Origin: Chloroflexota bacterium
GTDB lineage: Bacteria > Chloroflexota > Dehalococcoidia > UBA2979
Reading direction: 5' to 3'
Length of the DNA: 50,791 bases
Assembly: GCA_027593235.1 (NCBI GenBank)
Contig: JAQCIU010000023.1
Coordinates: 1 to 50,791, forward strand
Numbering within the stretch: position 1 is the first letter of the stretch; every line of letters begins with the position of its first letter. This document shows, piece by piece, positions 46,499 through 50,791 of this stretch. The notes under the pieces were generated by a model that worked only from the letters and a program-made list of their open reading frames with translations, ran no database searches and was not told where the DNA came from. The translations under genes and the position numbers were made by a program.

Positions 46499-46975
46499 AT
46501 GTACGAACGAGCCGTCCTCCTCACCAAAGAGGGTCTCGCCCGCCTTGAAGCCGAGTTGCACGAACTCCGAACCGTGCGCCGGCCACAGGTCGCGCGTGAG
46601 ATCCGTGAAGCGCAGGAACTCGGTCCCGATCAGCTCGACGGGCAATACGAGGACGCCAAGAACCAGCAGGCATTCCTCGAAGGCCGCATCGGTGAGATCG
46701 AGCGGATGCTCGAGCGCGCCGAAATCATCGACGAGCAGGCGGCGCACAAGTCCAAAGAGATTCGCGTCGGCTCCACGGTGAGCGTGAAAATGGCGAAGAA
46801 CGGCAAGAGCCAGAAGTACCAGCTCGTTGGCCCGGCGGAAGCCAACCCGGCGGCAGGACGCATCAGCTACGCCTCGCCAGTCGGTCACGCCCTCGTGGGC
46901 AAGAAGCGCGGGGACAAGGTGACAGTGATGACGCCGGGCGGCGAGATTGAGATGAGCATCACCTCGGTGTCGTAG
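46499..46975 (+). CDS. greA: Transcription elongation factor GreA
   Basis: LTKEG..LE.EL, YEDAKNQQAF.EGRI, ISYASPVG.AL. Confidence 0.93.
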   Translation: MYERAVLLTKEGLARLEAELHELRTVRRPQVAREIREAQELGPDQLDGQYEDAKNQQAFLEGRIGEIERMLERAEIIDEQAAHKSKEIRVGSTVSVKMAKNGKSQKYQLVGPAEANPAAGRISYASPVGHALVGKKRGDKVTVMTPGGEIEMSITSVS

Positions 46976-47049
46976 CGGGCTGGTTACCTCGGTCAAGCTG
47001 CGCCGCGAAGCGAACTCGACCCGACACAGCAGCCAGCGTGAGTGGGTGC

Positions 47050-47926
47050 TCAGGCCGCCTTGCGTACTGGGGTATGCGTGACCTCGTCTGGCCAGGCCAC
47101 TCGATCCGGGTCGGCTGCTTCCGACGCGGTTGCGGGAGCGGCACGTTCACCGATCTTCACGGCGACCCAGGCCAGTGCCACGCCCGCGATCGCGTCGATC
47201 ACGAAATGCTCGCCGAGATAGACCACCGCGAACGTCATCAGCGAAGCGAACAGGCCATACGCGAGCGCCATCCATGGCAGGTTCGAGGCACGCGCGCGTA
47301 GCGCGATCATCGCTGGAAGGGCCACGTGGAGGCTGGGGAACGCCGCGACCTGGTTGGTATCCACATCGGCGAAATCGCCCGTCATCTCCGTGATGATCCG
47401 CATCACGCCGGGATGCATCCACGGCGGTTCAGTCGGGAGGAGCAGGAACGGCACGATCGCCACGTAGAACAGGGCCAACCAGGCACCGGCAAACCACCGG
47501 AAGTGTTCCCACTTACGGACCGCGAAGCACACCATCCCGAGTACAGCTACAGGGAACCAGAACACATAGATCGTGAGCCAGAATCCGTCGAAGAATGCGA
47601 TACGAACGGATTGGTACAGCAGGTCATGCAAAATGCTCAGTCGGCAGAGCGCCACCGAAAATCGTCGACTCGGCGCGCGCCACCAGCGCCTGACGCGGGA
47701 GACCGGCGTCATCCGCCGCGCCCCGCAGATAGAGGTACGGCACGAGTCCAAAGACGAGGCTTCCGACCGAGACAACCGGCGCCATCCGGAGTCTGCGGTA
47801 GGCGGCAAGCAGACCGCTCCGGTTGCCTGCTGACTTCCCGATGCTTCCCGCCGACGCTCGTCGACGAGCCCACGCTGCGTCGAACAGCCGGATACCGAAC
47901 CGACGCAACGGAACGAGAGACCGCAC
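47050..47926 (-). pseudogene. PAP2-family (Aur1/IPC-synthase-like) membrane protein with a +1 frameshift
   Basis: PTEPPW, NQVAAFPSLH, VYLGEHFVID; frame break at the T4 run 47630-47633 (PTEH|LHDLLY). Confidence 0.7.
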
Positions 47927-47927
47927 G

Positions 47928-49427
47928 TCAGTCGCCTGCCAATGCCGCGTCGGGGACGTGTCGAAGCCAGACCTCGAACGCTCCGAATGAACGATCGAGC
48001 TGGTAGTTGCGCGTCACCGGCTCGCTGATGCTTGAACCCGAGCGGAACGAATCGAGTTGCGCCCGGTGAACGACGACTACCGCCGGAACCGTAGCCTCCA
48101 GATCGGAGATCGCCCGATCGACCGCGCCCGGGTTCTCCTGGAGTTGCTGCGCGTACAGGTACGGAAAGCTGCTCCGTCGCTCGCTTCGGAATAGCACGCT
48201 CACGTGGGAAATAGCGACGTATACACGGTCATCCGGCCCGGTAATGGACGCGACGTAGGCACCGACTTCATCGCTCCGCGAGTAGTCATCACCGCTGAAA
48301 ACCGCCGCAGCACCGTCGGCCGGGTCCATCAGCGCCGTCGGCAAGACGAGGATCGCCGCCGCTACGACCACCGTGAGCACACCAATGGGCGCCCACCAGC
48401 GAATCACAGGCGGTCGCGTAGCGATCCCGACCACCCCCACACCAGCGAGGACAGCGAGCGGTGGCACGAGCTGTTCGAAGTAGTGGAGAAACCAGTTGCC
48501 GCCCATTGCCATACCGAGGACCGACGAGACCAGCCACGCGGCGACAAAGGCCCGTCCGCGAGTGTTCGCGGCCAGCACTTCGCGTGCGGGATACGCGAGC
48601 ACGCCGAGGATGAGCCAAACCGGTGAGGTGGCGAACCATCCGGCGAGCAATGCGGGCAGCGCGGGGTTCTGTCCCCCTGACGAGACGCGAAACCAGACCA
48701 CGGCGAACCAGTAGTCGTCGAACCCCACGGACGCGATCCCATGCACAAGGGAGGCAAGCAGCGGCACTGCCGCCCCGAGCACGACCAAGCCGTAAGCGCG
48801 CCATGACTCCCGTTCGTGGATGAGCCAGAAGAATGCCAAGGCACACGCGGCCGCGCCGGACGGCTTGAGCAGGATCGCGATCCCGGCGAACAACCCGGCG
48901 AGTAACCAGCGGCGACCCCAAACGCAATAGGCGCTCGCGGTTGTCGCCGTGACCATGAACACCTCGGCGTTCGCTGTGAAGCCCTCGATCACCGGTGCGG
49001 TTCCGACGACCGCACACAACAGGCCAGCGACCACCGCCACGCGCCGATCGAAGATGCGGGCGCTCAGGAGCACCACCACGGCGACCGTCCCTGCCGCCCA
49101 TAGCGCGCCGTTGAGTCGGATCGCCTCAACCGAGTCGCCGAAGACGGTCGTCCCCAGCCGGTAGACGAGGAAGATGCCCTGTGGTCGATCGAACCACAGG
49201 TCATCGGAGTACATCGTGAGTCCGCTGAACCACCAGCGTGCCCCGTAGGCGTAGCCAGCCTCATCGACGGTCACCGGCCATGACAGGAACGGCAGACGCA
49301 CGAGTATCGCGAGGACCGCCGCAATACCCGCGACCAGTGGCACTGACAGGAGCGCGTCGGAGGCGGCGGTGGCGACATCGGTGCGCCCTCCGCCGCCGTT
49401 TTGGGGGATGGTCCGGGCGCCTCGCAT
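47928..49427 (-). CDS. GT-C glycosyltransferase (ArnT/PMT, family 39-like)
   Basis: DEAGY, DRPQG, ANAEVF, LLKP, FLHYF; polytopic. Confidence 0.8.
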   Translation of the reverse strand: MRGARTIPQNGGGGRTDVATAASDALLSVPLVAGIAAVLAILVRLPFLSWPVTVDEAGYAYGARWWFSGLTMYSDDLWFDRPQGIFLVYRLGTTVFGDSVEAIRLNGALWAAGTVAVVVLLSARIFDRRVAVVAGLLCAVVGTAPVIEGFTANAEVFMVTATTASAYCVWGRRWLLAGLFAGIAILLKPSGAAACALAFFWLIHERESWRAYGLVVLGAAVPLLASLVHGIASVGFDDYWFAVVWFRVSSGGQNPALPALLAGWFATSPVWLILGVLAYPAREVLAANTRGRAFVAAWLVSSVLGMAMGGNWFLHYFEQLVPPLAVLAGVGVVGIATRPPVIRWWAPIGVLTVVVAAAILVLPTALMDPADGAAAVFSGDDYSRSDEVGAYVASITGPDDRVYVAISHVSVLFRSERRSSFPYLYAQQLQENPGAVDRAISDLEATVPAVVVVHRAQLDSFRSGSSISEPVTRNYQLDRSFGAFEVWLRHVPDAALAGD

Positions 49428-49532
49428 GGAGCGATCATCGTCAGATCCGCTGGGCGGCAGTCGTGGGGACTCGGAGATTCCGCTAGTAACCCGGCGGGTA
49501 CTCCCCCATTACTCGCATCAGGCGGCCGGGGG

Positions 49533-49735
49533 GGCTGCGTCAGATCTGAGAGCTTCGAATGGCTGCGATCGAGAGGGTCGACCGGCCCCCCGCGACGACT
49601 ACGCCGCAGACAGCTCGCCGATCAGCGACTGCCAGCGCTCGGTGAACAACCGCCGCTGGTCGGACAGCGACGGTCGGGGCTGACCCCGCCGGCGCATCAT
49701 GAGGTAGTCGTTCAGCTCGTCGAAGGCGGTGCAGG
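49533..49735 (-). mobile_element. Probable IS6-family remnant (transposase C-terminus plus terminal IR)
   Basis: Frame with no start upstream of this segment reads CTAFDELNDYLMMRRRGQPRPSLSDQRRLFTERWQSL (stop 49599); GGCTGCGTCAGATCTGAG at 49533-49550 resembles an IS6 end. Confidence 0.45.
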
Positions 49736-49872
49736 CTGTTGACGTATGTATACGCGGTCAGGTGCCGCCCCGTATCGCGTCGTGTCATGAAGATGGGTCG
49801 CATCGGGTGGCAATTCATGCTTCCCATGCCCTGCTCGGATCAATCGCCGAGGCAAGCACCATCTAGCCAAAA

Positions 49873-49892
49873 GAACATACGTTCGCTAGAAT
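49873..49892 (+). promoter_or_regulatory. LexA-type SOS box GAAC-N4-GTTC abutting -10 TAGAAT
   Basis: GAACATACGTTC 49873-84; TAGAAT 49887-92; ATG 6 nt later. Confidence 0.6.
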
Positions 49893-49898
49893 CGCGCC

Positions 49899-50102
49899 AT
49901 GCCTGAGCAACGGAAACCACGGCAGAGTGCACGCAGCGGTGACCTCGTGATGCAGCGGAGTCTGGCGCTTCGCTCCTTCCTCGGAGCGAGAGCCAAACGC
50001 CGAGCTGCACAGAAGTCGGCTAGTCAGGCTCGGACCCAAGCTGGAAAGGCTGCACTGAGTCCAAGCGATCGCGGCAGCGACGTTCTGCGACCTACCCGAT
50101 AG
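49899..50102 (+). CDS. Hypothetical basic 67-aa protein, leaderless
   Basis: -10-N6-ATG geometry identical to other leaderless genes in the window. Confidence 0.45.
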   Translation: MPEQRKPRQSARSGDLVMQRSLALRSFLGARAKRRAAQKSASQARTQAGKAALSPSDRGSDVLRPTR

Positions 50103-50112
50103 CGGTGACCAC

Positions 50113-50637
50113 CTAGCTCAAGCCGATCGCTTCGGCAACGCTCGCCCAGGCTTGGTCTCGCTGCCCCTCGAGCCGTCGCAGGTAGGTGGTAGTGACCGCG
50201 AGCGATGAATGATCGAGAAACGCGCTCACAGCCTCGATCGACTCGCCCACATCGCGACGTAGCTTCGCAGCTGTGTGACGGAGGACGTGCAGCCCCGATG
50301 CCGGCAGTCCGGCTGCGGCGAGATGCCGTCGGAATCGGCCGTAGAACGCTGAATCCGTGATCTGCCAAAGGCCCTCCTCCGCGCAGAGTTGCTCGATGGT
50401 GGTCCCCCGATCCGCAAGCATCACTACGATCGCTTCGAACGCGGGACCCGGCAACTCTCGTCGCCCCCGCTTCCCGCCCTTACCTCGGTACGTGTAGAAC
50501 GGCGTGCCCTCGTCGAGGCTGATGTCGCCGGCTGCGAGCTGAAGCTGTGGGGTGCCATTATTCGGTCTGACCACCCCGGACGGGTTAATGGCACCCCACA
50601 AGCCGTTATCTCCGTCTGAGTAGGCAATAAGCGACAT
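50113..50637 (-). pseudogene. Truncated tyrosine recombinase/integrase (C-terminal part)
   Basis: GKGGK, HVLRH, LDHSS..VT..Y present; first catalytic Arg box and N-terminal domains absent. Confidence 0.8.
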
Positions 50638-50659
50638 AACGGTGGATTGTTTCGGTTCG

Positions 50660-50689
50660 CCCTGCAGTTTCCCTGCAGCCAGCCTGCAA
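50660..50689 (+). repeat. Three direct repeats at 11-bp period (possible integrase arm sites)
   Basis: CCCTGCAG 50660, CCCTGCAG 50671, GCCTGCAA 50682. Confidence 0.5.
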
Positions 50690-50722
50690 CTGAGACCGGC
50701 TGCGAGGTGGGTGTGACCAGCG

Positions 50723-50770
50723 TGCTTCCCAAGCAGAGGGTCGTGGGTTCGAATCCCATCTCCCGCTCCA
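50723..50770 (+). tRNA. 3' fragment of tRNA-Gly(CCC) (att-site duplication, not an intact tRNA)
   Basis: TGC-TTCCCAA-GCAGA anticodon arm, GTGGG-TTCGAAT-CCCAT T-arm, ...TCCCGCTCCA end; no D-arm or 5' acceptor strand upstream. Confidence 0.8.
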
Positions 50771-50791
50771 ATACAGATACCTATATGTGGC

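Noticed and set aside
49540-49827. 95-aa minus-strand ORF from the track
   Set aside because: No recognisable features; a different frame carries the protein-like (IS6-type) sequence.
50700-50770. Intact tRNA-Gly gene
   Set aside because: No 5' acceptor strand complementary to TCCCGC and no D-arm; recorded as a 3' fragment.
1-50791. CRISPR array, rRNA, REP family
   Set aside because: No regularly spaced repeats or rRNA-like sequence seen; the intergenic hairpins (e.g. ~12810, ~19290, ~33540) do not share sequence.

Overview
High-GC bacterial chromosomal segment, most consistent with Chloroflexota/Dehalococcoidia. This is an inference from the CoaD 'YPGRFDP' variant, three F420-type LLM oxidoreductases, DinB proteins and many Thr/Pro-linker lipoproteins. 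The left ~37 kb is mostly accessory metabolism: a persulfide-handling cluster (ArsR, rhodanese, TauE, MBL-rhodanese), CoA transferase, amidohydrolase, LLMs, lutC/lutB-lutA, a DinB-LLM-ACAD-ECH operon, CrcB and lipoproteins. 37.9-47 kb is a core block (leuS, coaD, rsmD, HtrA-like protease, greA). 47-50.8 kb holds envelope-modifying genes followed by mobile-element debris: an IS6-like remnant, a truncated tyrosine recombinase and the 3' half of tRNA-Gly(CCC) as an att site. The most interesting signals lie outside the ORF track: (1) a Leu-rich 14-aa leader peptide with attenuator hairpins upstream of leuS; (2) a 49-aa ORF between a triple-operator promoter and a TetR gene; (3) a 28-bp motif repeated three times in the sulfur cluster; (4) a LexA-type box overlapping a leaderless promoter for a 67-aa orphan; (5) 11-bp-periodic arm-like repeats beside the att site; (6) an apparent ACG start codon. 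No CRISPR array, rRNA or intact tRNA was seen. All product calls come from motif recognition, not database searches.
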